From: Methanocellales archaeon
GTDB taxonomy: Archaea; Halobacteriota; JAWCLZ01
DNA: 54,805 bases
Direction of reading: 5' to 3'
Assembly: GCA_038850285.1 (NCBI GenBank)
Contig: JAWCMA010000005.1
Coordinates: forward strand, 1 to 54,805
Shown here: one piece after another, positions 1-9,599 of the stretch
Layout: every line of letters starts with the position of its first letter
Position numbering within the stretch: position 1 is the first letter of the stretch
Translations under genes and position numbers: made by a program
Notes under the pieces: model-generated
The model's database searches: none
What the model was told of the DNA's origin: nothing
Seen by the model: the letters and a program-made list of their open reading frames with translations, nothing else

Positions 1-117
1 AGGGAGCTAGGTGCTGAACCAATCGCTCTAGGCGGGGTGAGCGATCACATTCATTTGTTAGTGCGCTTCCCCAGCTCGCTTGCGTTGGCCCGACTTGTCC
101 AAGAAGTGAAGGGCGCT
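1..117 (+). mobile_element. tnpA: IS200/IS605-family HUH (Y1) transposase fragment, cut by the window edge and truncated at its 3' end
   Basis: Frame +1 reads RELGAEPIALGGVSDHIHLLVRFPSSLALARLVQEVKGA. The HUH motif DHIHLL and the downstream LVxxVKG are typical of TnpA. The sequence then switches abruptly into the antisense of a radical SAM gene. Confidence 0.75.
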
Positions 118-308
118 ATGCAGCGCAAGCAGCAGCCTGCAGCATATCCAGTGGCAATTCCTCTATATACTGGAGCGGAATAAATACCAATGTATTTCCT
201 CTCCAAGCCATCTTTCCCCTGCCTGGTTACTAGTTTCTCAGTTTCTCCAGCAAGTTCAAGGGGATCAAATGGCTTGAATTCAGGGGTTAGAAAACGCTGA
301 TAAACCAT
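117..308 (-). pseudogene. Truncated radical SAM protein (N-terminal part only)
   Basis: ...YRGIATGYAAGCCLRCI breaks off inside the CxxxCxxC motif before the third Cys. The rest of ORF 51..308 is antisense transposase sequence. Confidence 0.7.
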
Positions 309-337
309 AATATTAATATTTTTATATTATATTTATA

Positions 338-1051
338 TTATATCAAGGTTAGGTATACTCTTCTATTGTTCTTCCCTTTGTTTTCAGCTTTCAGAAGCTT
401 TAAATGCCCCACTTCCCTTAGATTTTTAACATGCGTTCCACCATCCGCTTGCTTATCAATACCAACTATTTCAACTATACGCAAGCGAGGTAAATCTGGT
501 GGAGAAGCCCCAGCCATCTTTATAACCCCTGGGATTTTAAGAGCTTCTTCTCTAGATAGCTCATACCACTTCACCTCTATGTCTTTCTTGAATAACTCGT
601 TGGCTTTCTCGATGTACTCTTCAAGTATTCTTCTATCGAATTTTTCTAAATTAAAATCGAAGCGAATCTTGTCCTCTTCAAGTTGATTCCCAGTTATAAG
701 TGCACCTGTACCTATGCATAGAAGGGAGCCAAATACATGGGCAGCTGTATGGCTTCGCATAAGTTTATATCTCCTCTCCCAGTTAAGAATGCATTTAACT
801 CTATCGCCTTCTTTTAAACCCACTCGATCCACCTCGTGAACAATTTCACCGGAGTAATTCACTACCCCAACTACCTTAAAAACTTCATCTCCCTTTCCCT
901 TGATCATGCAACCAGTATCCCAAGGCTGCCCCCCTCCCCTGGGATAGAAGATGGTTTGATCTAAAATTGCATATTTCCCATTCTTAACCGAGAGAACTGC
1001 GCTATCGCATTCCTTTAAATAGCTATCCATTAAAAATAATGCTCGAGTCAT
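338..1051 (-). CDS. alaXM: Alanyl-tRNA editing protein AlaX-M
   Basis: LDQTIFYPRGGGQPWDTG, MRSHTAAH (HxxxH), DGGTHV (CxxxH-equivalent), KGKNNRR. Confidence 0.92.
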   Translation of the reverse strand: MTRALFLMDSYLKECDSAVLSVKNGKYAILDQTIFYPRGGGQPWDTGCMIKGKGDEVFKVVGVVNYSGEIVHEVDRVGLKEGDRVKCILNWERRYKLMRSHTAAHVFGSLLCIGTGALITGNQLEEDKIRFDFNLEKFDRRILEEYIEKANELFKKDIEVKWYELSREEALKIPGVIKMAGASPPDLPRLRIVEIVGIDKQADGGTHVKNLREVGHLKLLKAENKGKNNRRVYLTLI

Positions 1052-1071
1052 AAAATTATTTTATGGTGAAG

Positions 1072-1788
1072 CTAATCAAAAACCTTTGCCCCTATGCAGA
1101 ATCTCTCGAATTTCTCATGCTCCAGCAATTGCTTAGGAGTGCCTTGGAAAACAACTCTGCCATTAATGAGCACATATGCATAATCGCTTATCTCCAGTGC
1201 TTTTTTAATATTCTGCTCCACTATTAAAATCGTTAATCCAAATTTCTCTTTCAATTCCAAGATTTTCTTAAAAATGGCGCTGGCAAACTTGGGGGAGAGC
1301 ATTGCACTAGGTTCATCGAGCATGAGCAAATCCGCTCTTCTTATAAGTGCACTTGCTAAAGCTAAGAACTGCCTTTCTCCACCACTCAAGGTACCTGCGT
1401 TTTGCTTTAGCCTAGCTTTAAGGTCTGGAAAAATCTCCAGCGCTAGGTTTCTGCGCTTAATGTATTCCCCTTCTTCTAAAACATAGCCAGCCATTCTCAA
1501 GTTCTCCTCAACCGTTAAATTGATGAAGATATTATCCACTTGAGGGAGATAAGCTATCCCTATTCTAGTCTTATCATGAGGCTGGAGTTGAGTGATATCT
1601 CTATCTCGATAGAGAATTCTCCCTGAATGTATAGTGGCTAAGCCAAAGACTGCTTTTAAAAGAGTGCTTTTTCCACTCCCATTTGGACCTGCAATAGCAG
1701 TTATTTTTTCACTCTCCAGTGAAGCATTTACCTCAAATAGGATGCGCAGTTCTCCATATCCCGCGGATAGATTTTCAACTTTCAGCAC
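1072..1788 (-). CDS. livF: Branched-chain amino acid ABC transporter ATPase (LivF-like)
   Basis: Walker A GPNGSGKST, LSGGERQ, LLMLDEPS, VEQN. Confidence 0.9.
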   Translation of the reverse strand: MLKVENLSAGYGELRILFEVNASLESEKITAIAGPNGSGKSTLLKAVFGLATIHSGRILYRDRDITQLQPHDKTRIGIAYLPQVDNIFINLTVEENLRMAGYVLEEGEYIKRRNLALEIFPDLKARLKQNAGTLSGGERQFLALASALIRRADLLMLDEPSAMLSPKFASAIFKKILELKEKFGLTILIVEQNIKKALEISDYAYVLINGRVVFQGTPKQLLEHEKFERFCIGAKVFD

Positions 1789-2545
1789 CTAGATACACCT
1801 CTATGACCTCTGGATTTTCAATTACCTCAGCACCTTCCCCTTTAGCTATAATTCTACCACTTGCCATTACATAAACGCTATCCGCATATTCCAAAGCAAC
1901 ATCCAAGCGATGCTCAACTATAAGGAGAGAGATTCCTTTACTTGCTAGTTCTTTTAGCTTTTTGAATATCACGTGGGATAAATCAAGTGCTACACCTGCT
2001 ATAGGCTCATCCATTATTATTAACTTAGCTTCGCACATCAATGCTCTGCCTATCTCCAGCAGTCTAAGCTGTCCTCCACTTAGATTCTGAGCTTTTTCAC
2101 GCCAGAGGTGCTTCATACCTAAAAATTCTAAAATTAAGAGAGCTTTGCTTACAAGTCCTTCTTCTTTCTCAACCCACTTTCTTGAGAAGCTCTGCAATAT
2201 ACCCTCGTGGCTACCTTCAGTTATTAAAAGATTCTCAAGCACGGTTAATTTCTTAAGAGGCTGAGAGGTTTGAAAGGTTCTCACTATTCCCAGTTTAAAA
2301 ATCTCGTGAGGGGGGAGATTTGTTATATCCCTCCCCTCAAATAGCACTTTACCTTCATCTGGGCTTAAGAAGCCTGTAACTACGTTTATAAGTGTTGTTT
2401 TCCCACTTCCATTTGGTCCAATTATCAAGGTCAAGCAATTGCCTGCATCTAGGCTAACACCATCAAGCGCTTTGAATTCACCGAAGTACTTAGTGAGATT
2501 TCGAGTGGCTAGCTCCACTCTATTCTGTTGGTCGCAAACTTCCAT
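1775..2545 (-). CDS. livG: Branched-chain amino acid ABC transporter ATPase (LivG-like); start uncertain
   Basis: GPNGSGKTT, VRTFQ, LSGGQ, MDEP, VEH, EVYLG. Confidence 0.9.
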   Translation of the reverse strand: MEVCDQQNRVELATRNLTKYFGEFKALDGVSLDAGNCLTLIIGPNGSGKTTLINVVTGFLSPDEGKVLFEGRDITNLPPHEIFKLGIVRTFQTSQPLKKLTVLENLLITEGSHEGILQSFSRKWVEKEEGLVSKALLILEFLGMKHLWREKAQNLSGGQLRLLEIGRALMCEAKLIIMDEPIAGVALDLSHVIFKKLKELASKGISLLIVEHRLDVALEYADSVYVMASGRIIAKGEGAEVIENPEVIEVYLGAES

Positions 2546-3774
2546 ACTCCTACTTCTTTCCAATTACCCTCATAGACTGCATAAATTCTATATTCAGAGC
2601 CAATTCTATCATTGTATTCATTTAGCTTTACCTCGCCGCTCACTGGGGTGATATTGCCATATATACCTGCGCTGTAATTCACCGCTATCTTTGGCACCTT
2701 TTCCGCCATTGCATCTTCATCATACTTACCAAGTGTGCTATGCACTTGAGCATAGGAAAGCGCTAGCACCCAAGCAGCATCATAGGCATTTAAGCCATAG
2801 CTCTTAGGCGTGGTATTTTTACGCTGATAATAAGTGCTATTCAATTCCTCAAAGGTTTTTCCCCCTCGAGTTTCTGAAACTGTGCTATAAAGCTTAATTT
2901 TACTTGCCTTTGGAGCAACATCAGTAATCACTTTGCCGCTCTTAGCTGTGCCATCGCATCCAATCCAAGTGACATTGAGCAATATTGAGCTATCCTTTAT
3001 CTGAGCAAGCATTGTGGCAACTTCTTCATAGCTAAATGCAACCACTGCAACTTCTCTAGCTGTGTAGTTCTTCAAAAGCTCATTCACCTCTCCCTCAAGC
3101 GTAGCTGTATAAGGTGTGAAGTCAGCTGGCGGTGGATCTGGATATTCCACTGAGCTTTTAACCAAGATCTCGAGCTTCTCAAACTCTGCTCTACCGAATT
3201 CCTCTAGACCCTTGCCCCAGGCATTGCCTATATATGTTACAACAACTCCTTTTATACCTAGGTCTTGAGCGAGCTTTGCTATTGCTTTGGTTTGGAAGGA
3301 ATCCGTGGCTACAAATCTAAAGACATATTTCTTCTCCTCAGGCTTAGTTACCCCAATATATTTAGTTTCTGCAGTTGAAGAGGGAGAGGCTACCACTATT
3401 TTATTTGACCTTACATATTCAATGATATTCTTAAGCTCTCCACTTCCCATTGGACCCACGATGACTTTAACGCCTTTGCTATGCAATGCCATAACTTTGT
3501 CCAAGCTTATCTTGGGATCAACCTTGGTATCTTCAACATAAAGCTTGACTCTATAGGGCTTTCCCTCTTTCTCAAAGTATTTATTTAAATTTTCACTGGC
3601 AATTGTAACCGTGGTTTTAATATCATCGCCATAAGTAGTTAGAGGGCCGGATAGATCCACTAGTACCCCAATTGGAATTTCCACTTCCTTGGGCTTCTCA
3701 GGAACTTGAGCGCATCCCGCGAAGATTGCAGTTAATACAACCACCACTAGAAGCAACTTTATCTCTATCTTCAT
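2509..3774 (-). CDS. livK: ABC transporter substrate-binding lipoprotein (LivK/LivJ-like)
   Basis: Signal peptide with lipobox FAGC; IGVLVDLSGP, VIVGPMGS, AYDAAW type-1 periplasmic binding fold motifs; liv gene context. Confidence 0.85.
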   Translation of the reverse strand: MKIEIKLLLVVVVLTAIFAGCAQVPEKPKEVEIPIGVLVDLSGPLTTYGDDIKTTVTIASENLNKYFEKEGKPYRVKLYVEDTKVDPKISLDKVMALHSKGVKVIVGPMGSGELKNIIEYVRSNKIVVASPSSTAETKYIGVTKPEEKKYVFRFVATDSFQTKAIAKLAQDLGIKGVVVTYIGNAWGKGLEEFGRAEFEKLEILVKSSVEYPDPPPADFTPYTATLEGEVNELLKNYTAREVAVVAFSYEEVATMLAQIKDSSILLNVTWIGCDGTAKSGKVITDVAPKASKIKLYSTVSETRGGKTFEELNSTYYQRKNTTPKSYGLNAYDAAWVLALSYAQVHSTLGKYDEDAMAEKVPKIAVNYSAGIYGNITPVSGEVKLNEYNDRIGSEYRIYAVYEGNWKEVGVWKFATNRIEWS

Positions 3775-3871
3775 TTCATTTTAACCCCCTTTTCCTTTTT
3801 TCAAATTAAACAATTCCCAAATAGCATACATAAATATAAGGCTTTGAATATATACTTTGTCTGGAGGTACC

Positions 3872-4789
3872 ATGGCTGTTTTAGAAGGGGCAGTTGTTTA
3901 TGCCAATTTACTAGTTCTCCTCAGCATCGGCTTGACGATTACCTATATCACCACAGCTGTCCCAAATTTTGCCCAGGGAAGCATGGCGATATTTGGCTCC
4001 TATCTCTCTCTCACGTTATGGCTTTTATTTAATCTCCATCCCTACTACTCTCTTCCACTTTCATTCATCTCAGGAGGCGCAATTGGAGTTGCCATCTATG
4101 TTTTCATCCTTAAGCCTATGATTAAAAAGGGAATTAGAATTGTTACACTTATGATCGCTACTCTTGCCGTGGATCTAATATTCCTAGGAAGCCTTGGGGC
4201 TTACTCTGAAACCCTCAGTGGCTTTACGGGAAGAGCGGCGAAAAAATTTATCTTCACCCCCCTCGACTTTGAATTACTTGGAGTGGATGCAATACTCTGG
4301 ATTTCCAGCATTGCAATCTTTCTACTGCTTTTAAATTTATTTATACTGCTCTATAAAACTAAATTTGGAATAGCATTGCGCGCCTCAATGGAGAACCCTG
4401 CGCTAGCGGAAATAATGGGGGTGGATGTTGAATATACTCGTTTATTTTCTTGGTTTCTCTCAGGCTCGCTAGCTGCAGCTGCAGGAAGCTTGCTGCCATT
4501 TCGCCAAGAAATAGTCCCTAGTACTGGAGCCTTAATAATTGTATCCATTTTTGCAGCAAGCATAGTAGGGGGCTTGAGGAGTATAAATGGTGCTTTAGCT
4601 GGAGGGTATATCATTGGAATTTCAGAGTCACTCATAACCTTCTATCTCTCTAACCTCTTAGGCCCAGGCGTGCTGGTATATAGTAAAGTGGTCTCGCTAG
4701 GGGTATTAGTAGCGGCTTTGATATTTGCACCAACTGGAATTGCAGGAATAAGGAGGAATTTGAAGTGGCCCATGAGTACTTCATATTAA
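3872..4789 (+). CDS. livH: Branched-chain amino acid ABC transporter permease (LivH-like)
   Basis: GLTITY..VPNFAQG, KTKFGIALRASMENP, multiple TM helices; SD GGAGGT before ATG 3872. Confidence 0.88.
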   Translation: MAVLEGAVVYANLLVLLSIGLTITYITTAVPNFAQGSMAIFGSYLSLTLWLLFNLHPYYSLPLSFISGGAIGVAIYVFILKPMIKKGIRIVTLMIATLAVDLIFLGSLGAYSETLSGFTGRAAKKFIFTPLDFELLGVDAILWISSIAIFLLLLNLFILLYKTKFGIALRASMENPALAEIMGVDVEYTRLFSWFLSGSLAAAAGSLLPFRQEIVPSTGALIIVSIFAASIVGGLRSINGALAGGYIIGISESLITFYLSNLLGPGVLVYSKVVSLGVLVAALIFAPTGIAGIRRNLKWPMSTSY

Positions 4790-5793
4790 ATATTATAATT
4801 GGCTTCGCAATTTACCTAATAGTTGCCCTTAGCTTGAACCTTGAATATGGCTATGCTGGAATTCCCAATTTCGGACATGCTATGGCAGTACTCATTGGAG
4901 CTATAGCAATTGGAAGCATAATGAATCGCATTTTAATGCTACTCCTAGGTATAACTGGCGAGCTAATTGAGGCAAGTGGAATGGTTAAGAGCACTGTGAA
5001 TTCAATGTTCTCTCAAAATCCATATTTGAGTTTAGCTTTCATGTTAATCTCGCTATTAATTGCTTTTTCAATGGGAGTTTTTGCGGGTGCTGTTTCTATT
5101 CTACCAAGTGCCAAGTTGAAACATGAATATCTAGCAATAACTCTACTTGCAATAAGCGAGGTGCTCTATCTAGTTTCCAATTACAATACCTCCATAATAG
5201 GTGGCTACTATGGCGTTACCATACCTGATATCTTAGCTTGGATTCCAGGCGAGCAGCGTTTATTTGTCTTTGCAATCTTGAGCTTGAGCTTAGCATTAAT
5301 TGTTTTTATCTCAGTGGAGAGACTACTTGCTTCTCCTTATGGCAGGCTTTTAAGGGCAATGCGAGAGAATGAAGATGTAGTTAGAGCTTATGGCAGGGAT
5401 ATTTTTAAGCTTAGAGTAAAAACCGTGGCATTGGGATCAGGCATAGCTGCTCTAGCTGGGGCTCTCTATTCTTTTTACAGTGTAAATGTAATTGCTTCAG
5501 TTTACTTTCGAGTTGAATGGACTTTTTTCCCAATTCTCATGCTCCTATTAGGCGGTATGGGTAATAATAGAGGCGTTGCAGTTGGTGTATTTTGCTTCAT
5601 CCTCGCAAAGGTTTTCCTAGCGGTTTATAAATTTGAGATAAAAAGCCTTCTAAATTTACCATTTGAAGCCACTTGGCTGGAGTACATTTTCTTCGGAGTT
5701 TTGATGCTGCTTATCCTCTACTATAAACCAGAGGGATTGATCGAGGAGAAAGCGATTATAACCCCTCCGCTGAAGCGGGTTGCAGAGCTTTAA
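4765..5793 (+). CDS. livM: Branched-chain amino acid ABC transporter permease (LivM-like)
   Basis: LSLNLEYGYAGIPNFGH, YLAITLLA, SPYGRLLRAMRENE, KPEGL. Confidence 0.88.
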   Translation: MAHEYFILNIIIGFAIYLIVALSLNLEYGYAGIPNFGHAMAVLIGAIAIGSIMNRILMLLLGITGELIEASGMVKSTVNSMFSQNPYLSLAFMLISLLIAFSMGVFAGAVSILPSAKLKHEYLAITLLAISEVLYLVSNYNTSIIGGYYGVTIPDILAWIPGEQRLFVFAILSLSLALIVFISVERLLASPYGRLLRAMRENEDVVRAYGRDIFKLRVKTVALGSGIAALAGALYSFYSVNVIASVYFRVEWTFFPILMLLLGGMGNNRGVAVGVFCFILAKVFLAVYKFEIKSLLNLPFEATWLEYIFFGVLMLLILYYKPEGLIEEKAIITPPLKRVAEL

Positions 5794-5797
5794 TTTA

Positions 5798-6808
5798 TTA
5801 CCATTGATTAAGTGTTCTTTGCTTGAATGTTTCTCTTAGCAAGCTCAATCTCTCCAGTATTTTATCGATTCTTTCCTCGGAGAAGCTATGTTCTTCGCAG
5901 AGGAATTGCTTTATTTCCCTGCTATTTGGAGGATTAAATTTTATTTCATAGTCAGAAGTTACCTGGGGATGGAGGAGATACTCCTTTATTTCCCTCCAAT
6001 TTGCTATACTTTGATTCAATTCCTCAAATACTCCTTCGATGGAGCCATGCTTCTTAATCAATTTCAAGGCTTTCTTTGGCCCTATGCCTTTTATTCCTTC
6101 ATTGTAGTCTGTGCCAATTAAAATTCCAATTTCTATAAGCTGCTCCCTTGCGATCTCCAGCTGCTTCAATACCTCCTGCAGTTCTATTCTCTCAGGCTTG
6201 ACCTCTACATAAATATTCTTAGATGGAAGCTTTCGCTTCCCAGTTATGGTTAAATTTCTCACTAGCTTGGGGGAGCCAAATAGCAATGAATCATAGTCTT
6301 GAGAGGCAGTATAGTCCGCATCGCCATTGAGCACGATATAAGATGCCTGCGCTTCTCCCTCGGATGGTGCTTGAACAACTGGTATGCCTAGGTATTTAAG
6401 CAAAGTCTTTGCTTCCCCTATCATTTCTTGAGTCAATCTCGAGGCTGCTTGAGCATATTTAAAGCCTTCAATGCCATATGCTTTAGCCTCTATCCAAGCT
6501 GCTTCAGCTTTCTGTTTAATTAAACTGCGCTCCTCAAGAGCTATCTGCTTAAACTCAGGGGGTTTGCCGTCGAAAACAAAAACTGGCTTTATTCCCATTT
6601 CCATCAAATTAGTGGTGCGATAAATCAATCCAGAGAGATGAGAGGTAATCCTGCCCTTGGAATTCATTAGAGGCGTGCCATTAGGCTGTCTTATGATGCT
6701 TAAAAATTGATAAAGGGTATTATGAGCATCGATGGCAACTATGCAATTAGCAAGTTCATCGAGTTCGATTTCTTCTCGCTTAATTAAATCGCCCAAGTCA
6801 ACCCCCAT
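5798..6808 (-). CDS. fen: Flap endonuclease FEN-1
   Basis: MGVDLGDL, AIDAHNTLYQFLS, EGEAQA, SQDYDSLLFG, GTDY, C-terminal PIP box QRTLNQW. Confidence 0.97.
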   Translation of the reverse strand: MGVDLGDLIKREEIELDELANCIVAIDAHNTLYQFLSIIRQPNGTPLMNSKGRITSHLSGLIYRTTNLMEMGIKPVFVFDGKPPEFKQIALEERSLIKQKAEAAWIEAKAYGIEGFKYAQAASRLTQEMIGEAKTLLKYLGIPVVQAPSEGEAQASYIVLNGDADYTASQDYDSLLFGSPKLVRNLTITGKRKLPSKNIYVEVKPERIELQEVLKQLEIAREQLIEIGILIGTDYNEGIKGIGPKKALKLIKKHGSIEGVFEELNQSIANWREIKEYLLHPQVTSDYEIKFNPPNSREIKQFLCEEHSFSEERIDKILERLSLLRETFKQRTLNQW

Positions 6809-6934
6809 TATTTATACCTCCAGCATGCATTTTCCCCTTCAGATACAAATTTTTATCCATTGAAGGAGAAAAAAGATGAGAAAGTGAGAAAGATAGAGAT
6901 AAAGATTAAATCTAGGTTTATTGATTTTTTTACT

Positions 6935-7120
6935 ATGGCTTATATTCAAAGTGGTGATATTAAAGAGATCCGCTGCGATCGCTGTGGGCTTGAAATGCGA
7001 GTTGAGTTTCAAGATGTCCCTTGGTCAAAAAGCGTGGTAGATTTGATCTGTCCCTATTGTGGAGAGCAGCGACTTTCTGAGGAGAGCGAGGGGTCAATTG
7101 AATTCCAATTTGAGGAGTAA
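6935..7120 (+). CDS. Small zinc-ribbon protein (CDRC...CPYC)
   Basis: Two CxxC knuckles. ATG 6935 is more plausible than the TTG at 6860. Overlaps the 3' end of the convergent gene. Confidence 0.55.
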   Translation: MAYIQSGDIKEIRCDRCGLEMRVEFQDVPWSKSVVDLICPYCGEQRLSEESEGSIEFQFEE

Positions 7121-7776
7121 TCTCTAAAGCTAAGCAGGTGATTCCACATATACCTGGGTCTCCAATGGCGCGTGGCTTGGAAATAGTTTTTTTCATAGAG
7201 AGAGTTGAAGTCCACGATATAGATTTTACCCTCGATTTGGGCTTCAGCCCAAGCGTGTCTACCTATGCTGCCATCATTTTTTTCCACATATCCTAGAATT
7301 GCTATGGTATCATAGCCTTTTGCAAGTAATATTGAAGTCATTGCAATTGCAGCATCCTCGCAATCTCCGGAGAGGAGTTTGCCTTTGTAAGTGTGGGCTA
7401 AGTAATAAGAGGGTTTTATCCAATAATCTTCAACTCCAAATTGCTCTTGATCTCGAACATAATTAGAGCTTAAAGGAGTTCCATCTTCATATTCTATGAG
7501 GTAAATGCTTTCATTTATCTTTTTCAATTTAGTATGTTTAGCATACCACTGTACTACTTCATCGCCGGGAGTTATATATTCCGAGGGATCAACTGCGCTC
7601 CAGATCTCGGTGGATTTATTAGCTTTATAGTCGTTAAGCATTGGTTTGAAGTTAAGAGAGATGTTAACCGCGCTTGCAGTGCTATTTTGAATATTTGAAT
7701 TTGCAGAGTTATCCGAGGCGATTAATACCAATGAAAGAAATATAATTAAGAAGAATATATGTAATTTACCAAACAT
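7054..7776 (-). CDS. Secreted or membrane-anchored transglutaminase-like cysteine protease domain protein
   Basis: N-terminal hydrophobic signal; GDCEDAA (Cys), HAWAE (His), IVD (Asp) triad; several NxS/T sequons. Confidence 0.75.
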   Translation of the reverse strand: MFGKLHIFFLIIFLSLVLIASDNSANSNIQNSTASAVNISLNFKPMLNDYKANKSTEIWSAVDPSEYITPGDEVVQWYAKHTKLKKINESIYLIEYEDGTPLSSNYVRDQEQFGVEDYWIKPSYYLAHTYKGKLLSGDCEDAAIAMTSILLAKGYDTIAILGYVEKNDGSIGRHAWAEAQIEGKIYIVDFNSLYEKNYFQATRHWRPRYMWNHLLSFRDYSSNWNSIDPSLSSESRCSPQ

Positions 7777-8010
7777 TCAATAATTAATTTAATATTTCAC
7801 CAATAAATATTTTATTATTGGTAAATTTTTTTCAAAAATTAATTAAAAATTTAAAAATCATCATAATAATCATAATAATGCATTGATTGCTTTAAATTTT
7901 TTAGATAACGGCTTAATTAAAAACCCCAAATCAAAAAACTGGATAAAAATCAGTTCAATAGGCGAAAGTTTTTTATAAACATCCTTTAAACTTAAACAGG
8001 GTGAAAAACT

Positions 8011-8232
8011 ATGCCTAAAGAGTTAGAATTGCCAAATGCCCCTATGGCTAGGTTAATGAAAGCCGCTGGAGCAGAGCGAGTGAGCGATGAAGCTTGCATA
8101 GCTCTAGCCGAGGTCTTAGAAAAATATGCTTTGAAAATCTCTCAAGAGGCAAATTTATTAGCCAAGCACGCTGGTAGAAAGACCATTAAAGCCGCAGATA
8201 TTGCCCTAGCAGTGGAGCGAATAAGTAGATAG
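8011..8232 (+). CDS. Archaeal histone (HMf family)
   Basis: ELPNAPMARLMK..GAERVS, AKHAGRKTIKAADI. Confidence 0.96.
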   Translation: MPKELELPNAPMARLMKAAGAERVSDEACIALAEVLEKYALKISQEANLLAKHAGRKTIKAADIALAVERISR

Positions 8233-8304
8233 GGCTCGTGGTCTAGCGGTTATGACATCGCCTTTACACGGCGAAGGCCACCGGTTCAAATCCGGTCGAG
8301 CCCA
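8232..8304 (+). tRNA. tRNA-Val(TAC)
   Basis: Acceptor stem GGGCTCG/CGAGCCC, anticodon arm TCGCC-TT-TAC-AC-GGCGA, T-arm ACCGG-TTCAAAT-CCGGT. Confidence 0.96.
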
Positions 8305-8363
8305 TTTAATTTGAAATGAAACTTATATAGAAAGTTATATAGAAAGGAATATTATCTACAACC

Positions 8364-9599
8364 ATGCACGAGGTTCATCCCGCTTTTGATATAAAAGCAG
8401 CGAAGGCAAAAACTTTGCTTGGGAAGAAAATTGTTTTAGGAGTTACAGGGAGCATTGCAGCAGTTGAATGCATTAAACTTGCTCGTGAATTAATTCGCCA
8501 CGGCGCTGAGGTTTATGCAGTCATGAGCAAAGAAGCCACGCGCATTTTGCATCCCAATGCACTTGAATATGCCACTGGACATAAGGTTATAACTGAGATC
8601 TCAGGAGCGGTTGAGCATATTGAGCACTGTGGAGAGCGGGAAGCTAAAGCTAGCTTGCTTTTAATTGCACCTTGCACAGCTAATACCATTAGTAAAATCG
8701 CTTGTGGAATAGATGATACCCCTGTTACCACTTTTGCTACCACAGCTCTAGGCTCAAAAATTCCCATAATGATAGCTCCAGCTATGCATGCTTCAATGTA
8801 TTCTCACGCGATTGTAGGTGAAAATATTGAGAGACTTCGGAAAATAGGAATTAAATTCATATCCCCTAGAATCGAGGAGGAGGCCGCAAAACTTGCAAGT
8901 GTGGAGGAAATAGTTATTAATGTAGAGCGCGCCCTCGGTGCTAATGAACTAGCTGGCAAGAAAATTTTAATAACAGGAGGGGGCACGGCTGAGGCACTTG
9001 ATCCCATTAGAATTTTAACCAATCGAAGCTCAGGGAGAACTGGTGTTGAGCTTGCAAATGAAGCATATCGCAGGGGTGCGAGTATTACCCTTGTCCATCG
9101 CTCTAATTTAAACTGCACTTCCTCGGAGATAAAAACAATTTACGTTGAGAGCGTGGAGGAAATGATCAATGCCGTTATGAAAGAGCTGGAGAGCGAGAAA
9201 TATGATATATTAATAAGCGCAGCAGCCATCTCAGACTTCACCCTCGCGAGAAGTGCTACGAAGATTAAATCAGGAGAGCCGGTTTTACTTCGCTTGAAGC
9301 CAGCTCCAAAGCTCATTAAAATGGTTAGAGAGAAATATCCGGATTTATATTTAGTGGGTTTTAAAGCTGAAACATATGTTTCTGAGGAGGAGTTAATTAA
9401 ACGGGCTAAATTTGCCAGGCAGCGCGATCGCCTTAATCTGATAGTTGCAAATGACGTTGGCAGCGGGGGGATGGGCGGTGAAAGCAATGTAGTTTTTATA
9501 ATAAGTGAAAAAAACGTTGAAAGAGTTTCTGGTTTAAAGCGGGAGATAGCGGCAAAGATATTTGAGGCAGTATTGAGAGATTTAAATGCTAATTGGTAG
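8364..9599 (+). CDS. coaBC: Phosphopantothenoylcysteine decarboxylase/synthetase
   Basis: GVTGSIAA, APCTANT, PAMH, LITGGGTAEALDPIRILTNRSSG, VGFKAE, IVANDV. Confidence 0.95.
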   Translation: MHEVHPAFDIKAAKAKTLLGKKIVLGVTGSIAAVECIKLARELIRHGAEVYAVMSKEATRILHPNALEYATGHKVITEISGAVEHIEHCGEREAKASLLLIAPCTANTISKIACGIDDTPVTTFATTALGSKIPIMIAPAMHASMYSHAIVGENIERLRKIGIKFISPRIEEEAAKLASVEEIVINVERALGANELAGKKILITGGGTAEALDPIRILTNRSSGRTGVELANEAYRRGASITLVHRSNLNCTSSEIKTIYVESVEEMINAVMKELESEKYDILISAAAISDFTLARSATKIKSGEPVLLRLKPAPKLIKMVREKYPDLYLVGFKAETYVSEEELIKRAKFARQRDRLNLIVANDVGSGGMGGESNVVFIISEKNVERVSGLKREIAAKIFEAVLRDLNANW

